A stretch of 13,466 bases of DNA from the NCBI GenBank assembly GCA_016926735.1, contig JAFGOA010000029.1, positions 1-13,466 on the forward strand, given 5' to 3'. Shown here one piece after another: positions 1-8,323 of the stretch. The DNA comes from Promethearchaeota archaeon. Lineage in GTDB: Archaea > Asgardarchaeota > Lokiarchaeia > Sigyniarchaeales > SOKP01. Position 1 is the stretch's first letter; every line of letters begins with the position of its first letter. Both the position numbers and the translations under genes were made by a program. The notes beneath the pieces are model-generated. The model was not told the DNA's origin, did not search any database, and saw only the letters and a list, made by a program, of their open reading frames with translations.

Positions 1-124
1 GTATAGAAATTAATTAATATAAAAATATGTTTTTAGAAAATGTATACTTCATATAATTATTTTATTATGTAATTTTAAATACAATTTATTGATAAATTAT
101 CAGTAAAATATTAAATTCTTCTTT

Positions 125-1258
125 TTAAATAATTATTTGATTTGGAGCGTAATCTATAATACTTGAATATTTTAAGCATTCTTTTAATTTTTTAAATGTA
201 TCAGAATACAATTGAATTGATTGAAATATTGTTCCATTTTCGGAAAGAAAATGCATTCTTAGATCAGTCTCTATATTATAAAAACTAATTTTTACTCCTT
301 CGGATGTAATTAGAATATCAAAATCATTCATAGTACTATAATTACTACGTATTATATTGTTATCTTTATACTTTTCAGAAAGTGATTTATATTTTTTTAT
401 TTCAGCTAAAGTATTTTGATAAGAATCAATAGATATGATTAAATTTTCCCTAGATAAAGTAATTCTATGTTTTTTTATTGCATTTAGAGCTAAAAAATAA
501 TATTTTTCGCTCCTATTGATATAAGCATTTATTATTTTTTGTTCATAATGAAAGATTTTTAATAAGAATCCAGTTTTTTTAATATCTCTACCATCTTTTT
601 CTAATAAAATATTGTAGAGATCAATTACTTCTTTCCAATAATTTATTGCATTTAAATAATCTTTATTGAAATAAATCTGATCTGCTTTTTCAGCTAAATA
701 TTTTGCTTTATTTAATACATATCTTAGCTTATATTTAATCAGATGTAAATTTCCAATATTTTCAATGTCTTTACAAAATTCTAATTTTTTTTTTGCTATT
801 TCTTTAATATCTTTAAAGTTTGATCTTTTTGATTCTTGAATAATATTCTCCAATAAATTAATGATTTTAGGATGATAATCCTTTTTCTCTATTTTTTTAT
901 CTGTTTTATAAAATTTATTGAGCAGATCTTCTCTTTTGGTTTGTATTATAATCCTTTTTTCTCTATTCCATTTTATTAATTTCTTTAAGATAAAATACAT
1001 TCCATAAGCAATTATAAATATAACAGGAATTAATAGAATAACAATAATATAAGCAGGAAATTGAGTATTCATTATTATTTTATAATTAATAGTATTAAAA
1101 TTATTATCTTGCTTTTCTGAGGAGTTAAATATATTTAGATTATTAAAATTTAATAAAATAACAAATATTGAGATAATAATTATGCTCAAGGTCGAATAAA
1201 TTAAGAGAATATTTCTTTTTTCAGAAATTGTATTTATCAACTCCTTTAGAAATTTCAT
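125..1258 (-). CDS. Hypothetical membrane protein: two N-terminal TM helices followed by a large alpha-helical (TPR-like) soluble region
   Basis: 377 aa ORF. Hydrophobic segments ILLIYSTLSIIIISIFVILLNF and FPAYIIVILLIPVIFIIAYGMYFIL, the second followed by a basic stretch KKLIKWNREKR (positive-inside). Helical pattern AKYLAEKADQIYFNKDYLNAINYWKEVIDLY resembles a TPR. Confidence 0.6.
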   Translation of the reverse strand: MKFLKELINTISEKRNILLIYSTLSIIIISIFVILLNFNNLNIFNSSEKQDNNFNTINYKIIMNTQFPAYIIVILLIPVIFIIAYGMYFILKKLIKWNREKRIIIQTKREDLLNKFYKTDKKIEKKDYHPKIINLLENIIQESKRSNFKDIKEIAKKKLEFCKDIENIGNLHLIKYKLRYVLNKAKYLAEKADQIYFNKDYLNAINYWKEVIDLYNILLEKDGRDIKKTGFLLKIFHYEQKIINAYINRSEKYYFLALNAIKKHRITLSRENLIISIDSYQNTLAEIKKYKSLSEKYKDNNIIRSNYSTMNDFDILITSEGVKISFYNIETDLRMHFLSENGTIFQSIQLYSDTFKKLKECLKYSSIIDYAPNQIII

Positions 1259-1448
1259 TTTTTTATTTAGAAGAATAATAGTTCAAATTCGCCTTATATT
1301 AACCTATTTAAGGGTGACTATTCTTTATTGAATGTTAATATTTAAATCTTTCCTTTTTTTCATAGGATTTTAGGGACTTTACTATTAAAATTAATATTGG
1401 AAGATTAAAAAGATTATTTCTTTTATAGGATTTAGAAAAAATTTTGAA

Positions 1449-1463
1449 TGAAAAAATGAAAAA
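1449..1463 (-). terminator. Candidate archaeal oligo-T terminator after the methyltransferase gene
   Basis: Minus strand reads TTTTTCATTTTTTC about 20-35 nt after the stop at 1485. T-tracts are common here, so support is weak. Confidence 0.25.
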
Positions 1464-1484
1464 TTAAAGATGAATGTTAAAATC

Positions 1485-3677
1485 TTATTTAAACACAATT
1501 TTTTTTGTTAAATTATCAAGTTTGGAAAAGTTTTCGTTTAATATTGTTCTTATTTTTTTGGTAGTAATGGTTGGGTTATTTAAAAAAAGATCACTAACAT
1601 AAGTTGTATATTTAATACCTTTTTTTGCGAGTTTATAATGCCATTTATTTGATTCATCATATAATGGGATAGGAAAATGAAAAGGTCTTTTATGGATATG
1701 ACGAGAACTTTTAATTACATTAATATATCTATTTAATAGTTGTGAATTTAGTATTGCTGAAAGATAATATGCTTCATATTTAGAATCGGTTGAATAATAA
1801 TAATTTTCAGAACCTATTATGATCCTTTCTTCATATTGTTTAATTACAGCAGATTTTATATTTGAACCACTTGCATTATAAACTACCGTATATAAATGAG
1901 GAGCTACTTGTTTTTTTAATTTATTCCAATAATTTAAATTAGAGAACAATGTATTAATTTTACTTGTTTTCTTCTTTTTCGTTTGATAAATTACGTTAAT
2001 ATCTCGATAGAATTTTTTAGCATATGGAAATTTGTCCATATGTTTTTCATTAAATTCATAAGTATCTCTCGTTATTGGGATAAAGACATTTCTTTTCTTT
2101 TTAATCAGAAATGGTACAAGATCCAAATTTAAGAAAGTTATATATCTAAAATCTTTCTCAATCTCCTTATTTTTGAATTTAAAAATCCATTCTTTTTTAG
2201 ATCTAGAGAGAATATCTTTATCAGAAGATATAATAAGTCTATTATCTAATGAATCCATTATATCAAAAAATACGAGAGTTCTCGGAACTAATGTTGCTCC
2301 TTGAAGAAACTTATCTTTATATTCACTATAATTAATATCTTTCAAAAATCTTAATTCTTTTTTAGGCAAAATTAACAGTGCGCCGTGTTTATTAATTTTA
2401 AGCGAGGAATAAAAAGTCTCATTCAGAATTACTAATTTTTCATCTAATATTTTTGTTTTAATCGGATATTTATCCCCAATAGTAGGATTTTGATCTGCTA
2501 TATATCTCGCTTTAAGACAAATATGATTAACATTAAAAAAATATCTTCTTGGAAAATCCCATATTTCTAGGTTATCAAATATTGAAAACGCTCTAAACTT
2601 TTGACAATGGTCTCCATTTAAAACACTTTGAGTCATAACAAAAAAGATTATCCCATTTATCTTGAGGAATCTTTTTGGAATTTGATAAAAAAAGATCGCT
2701 GCTAATTCAATATGAGTTATATATTGACTACCGGGTTTAATATCTAATATTTTAGCTAAATGTCTGATTTTATCTTGATATATTTTATCATTCAAATCCT
2801 TATATGTTAACCAAGGAGGATTACCAATTATTAAGTCAAATGAATTATAATGTTGGGATATTTTCTTATTTACAGTTAAATTATGATCATCAATTAGAGA
2901 GTCAATAAGAAAAATATTTTCATTAATAATCTCAAAACTAGTCCCAGCATATCCTGCATTAAATAGTAAAAGAATATTTGATTTAACTGTTAATATTGCA
3001 AGTGGGTTGATATCAAAACCATAAATTTTCTTTATCGCATCTATTTTTTGTTGTTCATTCTCATTAGAATTTATAATGTTCAAAAATATTTCTATAATAA
3101 AATTACCTGAACCGCATGACGGATCTAGGATTTTTTCTCCAAAAACATAAGAATCTTCTACCATTTTTTTTACTAGCTCAGAAGGAGTATAAAATTCTCC
3201 AATTCTATGTCTTGCAGATAAGAAAAACATATGTTGATATAATATATGAAATAAATCTCCATTAATTTGTTCCTTTTTTGTAATAAGGTTATAAATTTCT
3301 TTAAAAATCTTTTTACTTAATATGAACCAATCATAAATGTTAAATTCATCAATAAGAGATAATGGTTTATTTGATTTCGATAAATAATTTTCATAAGCAA
3401 AATCAATATCATTAGATTCATTGCAAATGATCTTTGATATTAAAAATACTTTCACAAGATTAATATAATAAATTTGTTTTAAAAATAAATCATAATTACA
3501 TTCTTGATCATAGATCTTTATAAAAATTGATTCCCATTCTTTATATTTTAATTCATATTCATCTTCTTTCAATAATTTTTTTTGTAAAAAATTATTTTTA
3601 AAAATTTTAAATATGTTTGAATTTAATCCAAATAAATATGTTATTGTATCTGAATCAATTTCCTTTTCTATAATCAT
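1485..3677 (-). CDS. N6-adenine DNA methyltransferase (N-6 DNA methylase/Eco57I/TaqI-like, gamma-type motif order) with C-terminal target recognition region
   Basis: 730 aa. Motif X GEFYTP, motif I ILDPSCGSGNF (SAM binding), motif II IYGFDINPLA, motif IV FDLIIGNPPW. C-terminal YYLSAILNS is typical of TaqI_C-like TRD regions. Confidence 0.9.
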   Translation of the reverse strand: MIIEKEIDSDTITYLFGLNSNIFKIFKNNFLQKKLLKEDEYELKYKEWESIFIKIYDQECNYDLFLKQIYYINLVKVFLISKIICNESNDIDFAYENYLSKSNKPLSLIDEFNIYDWFILSKKIFKEIYNLITKKEQINGDLFHILYQHMFFLSARHRIGEFYTPSELVKKMVEDSYVFGEKILDPSCGSGNFIIEIFLNIINSNENEQQKIDAIKKIYGFDINPLAILTVKSNILLLFNAGYAGTSFEIINENIFLIDSLIDDHNLTVNKKISQHYNSFDLIIGNPPWLTYKDLNDKIYQDKIRHLAKILDIKPGSQYITHIELAAIFFYQIPKRFLKINGIIFFVMTQSVLNGDHCQKFRAFSIFDNLEIWDFPRRYFFNVNHICLKARYIADQNPTIGDKYPIKTKILDEKLVILNETFYSSLKINKHGALLILPKKELRFLKDINYSEYKDKFLQGATLVPRTLVFFDIMDSLDNRLIISSDKDILSRSKKEWIFKFKNKEIEKDFRYITFLNLDLVPFLIKKKRNVFIPITRDTYEFNEKHMDKFPYAKKFYRDINVIYQTKKKKTSKINTLFSNLNYWNKLKKQVAPHLYTVVYNASGSNIKSAVIKQYEERIIIGSENYYYSTDSKYEAYYLSAILNSQLLNRYINVIKSSRHIHKRPFHFPIPLYDESNKWHYKLAKKGIKYTTYVSDLFLNNPTITTKKIRTILNENFSKLDNLTKKIVFK

Positions 3678-3838
3678 AATTTAAAATGTTCTTTTAATTT
3701 AGTTTTATATATCATTTTTCAGATAAATAAACCAATTCTACATATTTCTGTTGATATTGTAAAAAATATATTCTTATTTTTTAAAAATTAAAATTATTTT
3801 AATTATATTCATAATATAATAAATTTAAATTTTTTTTC

Positions 3839-4381
3839 TTATCTCATGAAAGATGGAAGTAATATATTGAATATTTCTTTAATTTTATTTAATTTTGATG
3901 ATTCGCTTATTTTTGTTTCTATTAAAATCGAATTCTCTAGTTCATTTTTATCAAGATTTCCACCCGAATATATAGCATTTTGATTATTAAAGACTAATAA
4001 AAATTTAACACGAGGGTTATTTATTATATCAACCCCTTTAAAATTCTTTAATTCATCATAGAAAGTACGATATTCTTTAGGGATTGCACTGCGTTCATTT
4101 GTAATAATTAATATTTTTATACCTTTATTAGCAAGATTTCTTATCTCATTAGTATAAAATCTGTCTATTACAGGACTTAGAATATTTAATTGATCCTCAG
4201 TTGTATTCATAAGTTCAAGAATTTCATTATTAAGTAATCCCTTACTATTTTGACCTCCAGATGTATTAATTTCAATATTTCCAACTAAAGAAAGTACTTT
4301 TAATTCTAAATCTTCTATTTGTTTTTTAAGTTTAGCATTTTCGATTCTAAATTCAGTAAGTCTATCAGACATTTTAGTCAC
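3839..4381 (-). CDS. N-terminal coiled coil plus phospholipase D/Nuc-like (PLDc_2) fold with degenerate HKD motif
   Basis: 180 aa from a GTG; the in-frame ATG at 4372 is a likely true start. Heptad segment LTEFRIENAKLKKQIEDLELKV. PLD-fold hallmarks ILELMNTTEDQLNILSPVID, NKGIKILIIT, and RVKFLLVFNNQNAIYSGGNL at the HxKxxxxDxxxxxxGSxN position. Confidence 0.65.
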   Translation of the reverse strand: MTKMSDRLTEFRIENAKLKKQIEDLELKVLSLVGNIEINTSGGQNSKGLLNNEILELMNTTEDQLNILSPVIDRFYTNEIRNLANKGIKILIITNERSAIPKEYRTFYDELKNFKGVDIINNPRVKFLLVFNNQNAIYSGGNLDKNELENSILIETKISESSKLNKIKEIFNILLPSFMR

Positions 4382-4506
4382 TACTCTAGATAATAAAATA
4401 ACTAATATAAAATTATAATAAAATCATATTATTTAACATTTAATTTTAGAAAATAAAAGATGAAAAAAAGTATTTGTTTTAAAAATAGAAAATTAAATCA
4501 GATAAA

Positions 4507-7083
4507 TTATAATTTTCTCCAAGGTTCGCCATATAAGATAAAACTTGAGATTGATAGACTATTTTCTATATTTATATGAGTATTATTTTTAATTTCATCT
4601 AAACTCGTTATATTTTGTTCTATGAGTTGCGTTGTTCGATCTGCAATATATTTTTGTCTTGCTTTAAGCAAAGAGATACCTATACTATTTTGTTCAAAAA
4701 GATTTTGAAAAATATCTGCGATAATTTGTTTAGTTTCTTCATTAAAAATTGGATAAACTCTTGAAATAATTCCTGTAATTGCACTAAGATCAAAGTTTGA
4801 GATGATCTCTCCAAAGCATCTTAAATCGTCTTTTATACGATCTCCTATTATATTATAAATTTGTGTGTTAAAAAATAAAACTGGTTTTGTTTTATTTTTA
4901 TTCTCTAATATGCTACCGAAAATTTCAGTGAATTTTATTATATCATTATCATTTGCGATGAAATAGCTATTTCTTGGATTCATATTTGAATAAAAAATAT
5001 TACCAACAATATATATTATCTTGTATGAGTTGTCTCTTATGGAATCTAGAATTTTTTGTTTTTGACTCTCTCTTCCAGATAAAATTTCAATTGTATTTAC
5101 TTCCTTACATTGATTAAAATAATTACTAATAAAAACCAATTCATTGTTACCAGCAGGAAAAGGGAACAATAGTTCCTTATTTTTAATATCCTCATTCCAT
5201 CTTATTGGTCCTAAAGAATTTGTGGAATCTATAATTAAAATATCATATTTTAAATTTTCTTCTTTATCAATTTCAATTAATTTTTCTTCTTCAAAATTTA
5301 TTCCATGAATCGGAGGTTCACCAATATTATACCCACAAGAATATTTTAAGAAGAAAAAATTTCCATCATATACCAATTCAAATGGTATAGTTATCGTATC
5401 AATTATATAATATATCTGAGGAATAAATTCAAGACTCCTAATTTTAAATTGAGAAAAGAAATTTCTTATATTTTTGGGTAAGGAAAGGTATAAAATAGCA
5501 CCTAATTCACTTAAAGTAAAATCATATAGTCTTTCTTTTTTATCTGAATATATATCATTATATAGTTCCATGAGATGAATATCATTCCAAAATTCATCTA
5601 TTATTTTCCCTTCTAACGTTTTATTATCTGTTGATAAGATTCTATAAGATAATTCACCTTGAGAATTAATCCTTAAAATAATATTTTTAATTTCAAAATC
5701 AATATTTTTTAAATTATAGCTGTTTTTTTCTTCTAATATATAGATATTTTTATTTAAATCAGAGGTTTCTTTATAAAGTAGTTCAAGATTGTTTAATAAG
5801 GGTTGTAATCTCTCATGTAATAATGGTAAAATTCTTTTTGCTAAATCAATATTATTTTCTTCATATAATGCTCTATAAAACAACATCCTCCAAAAATCCT
5901 GCTTATCTGAATAAAAAAACATTGATTTAAATTTCCATAAATAATTAGATGTATAAAAATAATGATATATTTGAGGTCCATTCTGAGGTATTTTAAGATT
6001 ATCTGATAATTTTTCAATTGATTGTAAAAGAAATTTTTTTTCTCTCATATTAACAAATTTGCTACAAGCTTCAGCCCATAATTCGATAAGCACATTGTCA
6101 TAACTTAAATCAGATTGTACTAAAAATAAATCTTCTAAAAAATCATAAATTTCATAGGAAATATCAAATTTATTTCTATCAATCGTATAATTTATAAATT
6201 GACGTATTTGAACAATAGCATCTCCAAGGGATTGAAATTGTTTGATATTTTTAAAAAGACTTCTAATAACAATAATAATCCAAGATGCCTCACCTACATT
6301 ATTTAAATATTCAATGAGATTCACAAGATCTTGTTGAATTGCGTTGAATGATCTCTCATTAATTGAAATTCTACTTAAATTACTAAAATCATTCTTTAGA
6401 TAATTTGGAATTCTATTTACTAAAATCTTATTCATTGCTTTTATAAAATCTTCAGAAGATTCTAAAAGATTAAATTTTATATTTACATTTTCAAGTATTA
6501 TATAGAGAAAAAGAGATCTTTTTCCAGGTTCTAATTTATATATAATCCTTCCCATACTTTCCATTGCTAATTTAAAATAATCAGTGGGAATTACAGTCTT
6601 TCTTAAGAACATCAATAATAATTGCAATTCAATTAATTTTAAAGTATTATTCTGTTCAATAACTTTTACAGAATATGAATTAAGAAATTTAGATATTCCC
6701 TCGGTTGATAGATCCTTTATAGAAATGAAACTTTTTAATAAATCAGAAGCAAATTTATCAAAAAGAGAAAAATCTTCTAATTTTGAGAGATACGAAAAAA
6801 ATCTTTGATATGCATCTATATATTTTATATAATCTAATCCTTCAGTCTTATTTTTTATTTTAAGTGAATTTAGATACATCCACCAAGAATTTGATATAAT
6901 AAGGATCAATTGGTGTTTTTTTTGAGCATCAAGCCATTCTTTTGTTTCTATATCAAAGTAAAGATCAAGAAATACTTTAGATGCCCAATGATGATTTCCT
7001 AATTGAAGGAGTTTTCTTCCATGAATAACATTATTTTGAAAATTACTCAGAAATTCTTCTTTCTTTTCTTTATTGATTAACAT
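4507..7083 (-). CDS. Large alpha-helical (solenoid/TPR-like) protein with C-terminal CHAT (caspase HetF-associated) domain, catalytic dyad apparently lost
   Basis: 858 aa. CHAT hallmarks LGAILYLSLP, IPFELVYDGNFFFLKY, SIGISLLKARQ and terminal SFILYGEP. The His motif reads IIYIVGN and the Cys motif reads LFFNTQ. The N-terminal ~450 aa look amphipathic-helical. Confidence 0.75.
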   Translation of the reverse strand: MLINKEKKEEFLSNFQNNVIHGRKLLQLGNHHWASKVFLDLYFDIETKEWLDAQKKHQLILIISNSWWMYLNSLKIKNKTEGLDYIKYIDAYQRFFSYLSKLEDFSLFDKFASDLLKSFISIKDLSTEGISKFLNSYSVKVIEQNNTLKLIELQLLLMFLRKTVIPTDYFKLAMESMGRIIYKLEPGKRSLFLYIILENVNIKFNLLESSEDFIKAMNKILVNRIPNYLKNDFSNLSRISINERSFNAIQQDLVNLIEYLNNVGEASWIIIVIRSLFKNIKQFQSLGDAIVQIRQFINYTIDRNKFDISYEIYDFLEDLFLVQSDLSYDNVLIELWAEACSKFVNMREKKFLLQSIEKLSDNLKIPQNGPQIYHYFYTSNYLWKFKSMFFYSDKQDFWRMLFYRALYEENNIDLAKRILPLLHERLQPLLNNLELLYKETSDLNKNIYILEEKNSYNLKNIDFEIKNIILRINSQGELSYRILSTDNKTLEGKIIDEFWNDIHLMELYNDIYSDKKERLYDFTLSELGAILYLSLPKNIRNFFSQFKIRSLEFIPQIYYIIDTITIPFELVYDGNFFFLKYSCGYNIGEPPIHGINFEEEKLIEIDKEENLKYDILIIDSTNSLGPIRWNEDIKNKELLFPFPAGNNELVFISNYFNQCKEVNTIEILSGRESQKQKILDSIRDNSYKIIYIVGNIFYSNMNPRNSYFIANDNDIIKFTEIFGSILENKNKTKPVLFFNTQIYNIIGDRIKDDLRCFGEIISNFDLSAITGIISRVYPIFNEETKQIIADIFQNLFEQNSIGISLLKARQKYIADRTTQLIEQNITSLDEIKNNTHINIENSLSISSFILYGEPWRKL

Positions 7084-7111
7084 ATTATTTAGTACAATAT
7101 ATGATATTTTT

Positions 7112-8281
7112 TTATTCTTGATTCATTAGATTTGGTTGTTCCTCTAAATTTGGATTTTTTATCCAACCTTGTAATTTATTTTGTGAATATAAAATAGATG
7201 CACCAATCCAACTCATATTCTCTCTTCCAGATGCTGCTATTATTTCTATCTTTGAGTGCAATTGCTCTGGAAAATATTTTTTTAATTCAAATGTCAATCT
7301 TTCTTTAATACCAGGAAATAAACTATTTCCTCCAGAAATTATAATATCGGATAAAAGATCGCTCCAATTTTCTCGATCCCAAAATTTTATAACTTTTGCA
7401 ATCGCCTCTGGAAGGCTAATATAGTCAATATGGATTAATTTTGGATCAAAAAGTGGTTCAACAAGTTGAAATCTTTCAAAATTTATGTCGAATTTAGAAT
7501 TATCTGGAAGATTTATCATTCTATTATATTTAGTTAAACCTTCTTTTATTTTCTCTCTTTCAGCTTTAGGATTCATTACACATATTCCCATTTTTTCTTT
7601 TATTTCTTTCGCTAAGTAATAATTGAGATAAATATTTTTACTCGCACCTCTCCCTTTCAACATTATACTAAGAAAAAAATTAGTTAGTTCTTTTCCTGCT
7701 ATAGGAAAAATATCTCTAGCCATTATATTTGTAAATCCTCGATAAATAGATGATATATATGTTTTTGATTCTCCCATATTAATGATAATTCCATCAGTTT
7801 TTTTTAATGTCGATAGAATTGCTTTATCATCATTTATAAATAAAATGTAAGGAAATTTAAATTCTTGAAAAAAAATATTTTCATACTTATTTCTATCAAT
7901 ATCGGTCATAATAAAAGAAGAAACTAAAATAATTGGTTGTAAATATCTATAATCTTCCGGAATCTTCAATTTTTCATAATGATAAAGAAAAAATTTTGAA
8001 AAAATATTATAATTGTTTTCTTTTTTAAATTCGTGAAGTTTAAGTATATTTTGATAAGTTAATGCTTCATTACCATAATAATATCCATCATCTTCATTAG
8101 ACATAAAAATTTCTTCAAGACCATCTATTACATCAGAATTGAAGATATAGTCTGTTCTATCTACATAAATACTTGGTGCAATAATATCTGGAAAATCATC
8201 ACCACCCCATCCCATTTTAAATGTATTACTTCCAATGTCTAAAACTAAGGGTCGAAGATACTTATCATTATCAGATGACAT
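7112..8281 (-). CDS. Divergent actin-related protein (Asgard ARP-like, actin family)
   Basis: 389 aa. Phosphate-1 LVLDIGSNTFKMGWGGDDFP, phosphate-2 GIIINMGESKTYISSIYRG, AGKELTNFF, EIKEKMG, LPD...ERFQLVEPLFDP, adenosine motif IIISGGNSLFPGIKERL, and SWIGASIL. All are collinear with eukaryotic actin motifs. Confidence 0.93.
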   Translation of the reverse strand: MSSDNDKYLRPLVLDIGSNTFKMGWGGDDFPDIIAPSIYVDRTDYIFNSDVIDGLEEIFMSNEDDGYYYGNEALTYQNILKLHEFKKENNYNIFSKFFLYHYEKLKIPEDYRYLQPIILVSSFIMTDIDRNKYENIFFQEFKFPYILFINDDKAILSTLKKTDGIIINMGESKTYISSIYRGFTNIMARDIFPIAGKELTNFFLSIMLKGRGASKNIYLNYYLAKEIKEKMGICVMNPKAEREKIKEGLTKYNRMINLPDNSKFDINFERFQLVEPLFDPKLIHIDYISLPEAIAKVIKFWDRENWSDLLSDIIISGGNSLFPGIKERLTFELKKYFPEQLHSKIEIIAASGRENMSWIGASILYSQNKLQGWIKNPNLEEQPNLMNQE

Positions 8282-8323
8282 TTTTGTAATAAATAATAAA
8301 AAAAGAACTATATATACTTACTC

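Noticed and set aside
1289-1317. Imperfect inverted repeat (tcgcctta...taagggtga) upstream of the membrane protein gene
   Set aside because: Short, with a mismatch and a bulge, and single-copy; it cannot be distinguished from chance.
6584-6808. 74-aa plus-strand ORF
   Set aside because: Entirely antisense within the 858-aa CHAT gene, with a non-ATG start and no recognisable motif; a shadow ORF.
1485-7083. DISARM/BREX or Craspase-like defence island (MTase + PLD + CHAT)
   Set aside because: No helicase, ATPase, PglZ or Cas genes are present, the PLD and CHAT catalytic residues are absent, and the CHAT gene is tightly linked to the ARP instead.
7112-8281. Calling this gene bona fide actin/lokiactin, or MreB/FtsA
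   Set aside because: It is too divergent at the catalytic, D-loop and C-terminal positions for lokiactin, yet its motifs (ERF..E.LF.P, WIGASIL) are actin-type rather than MreB/FtsA-type.
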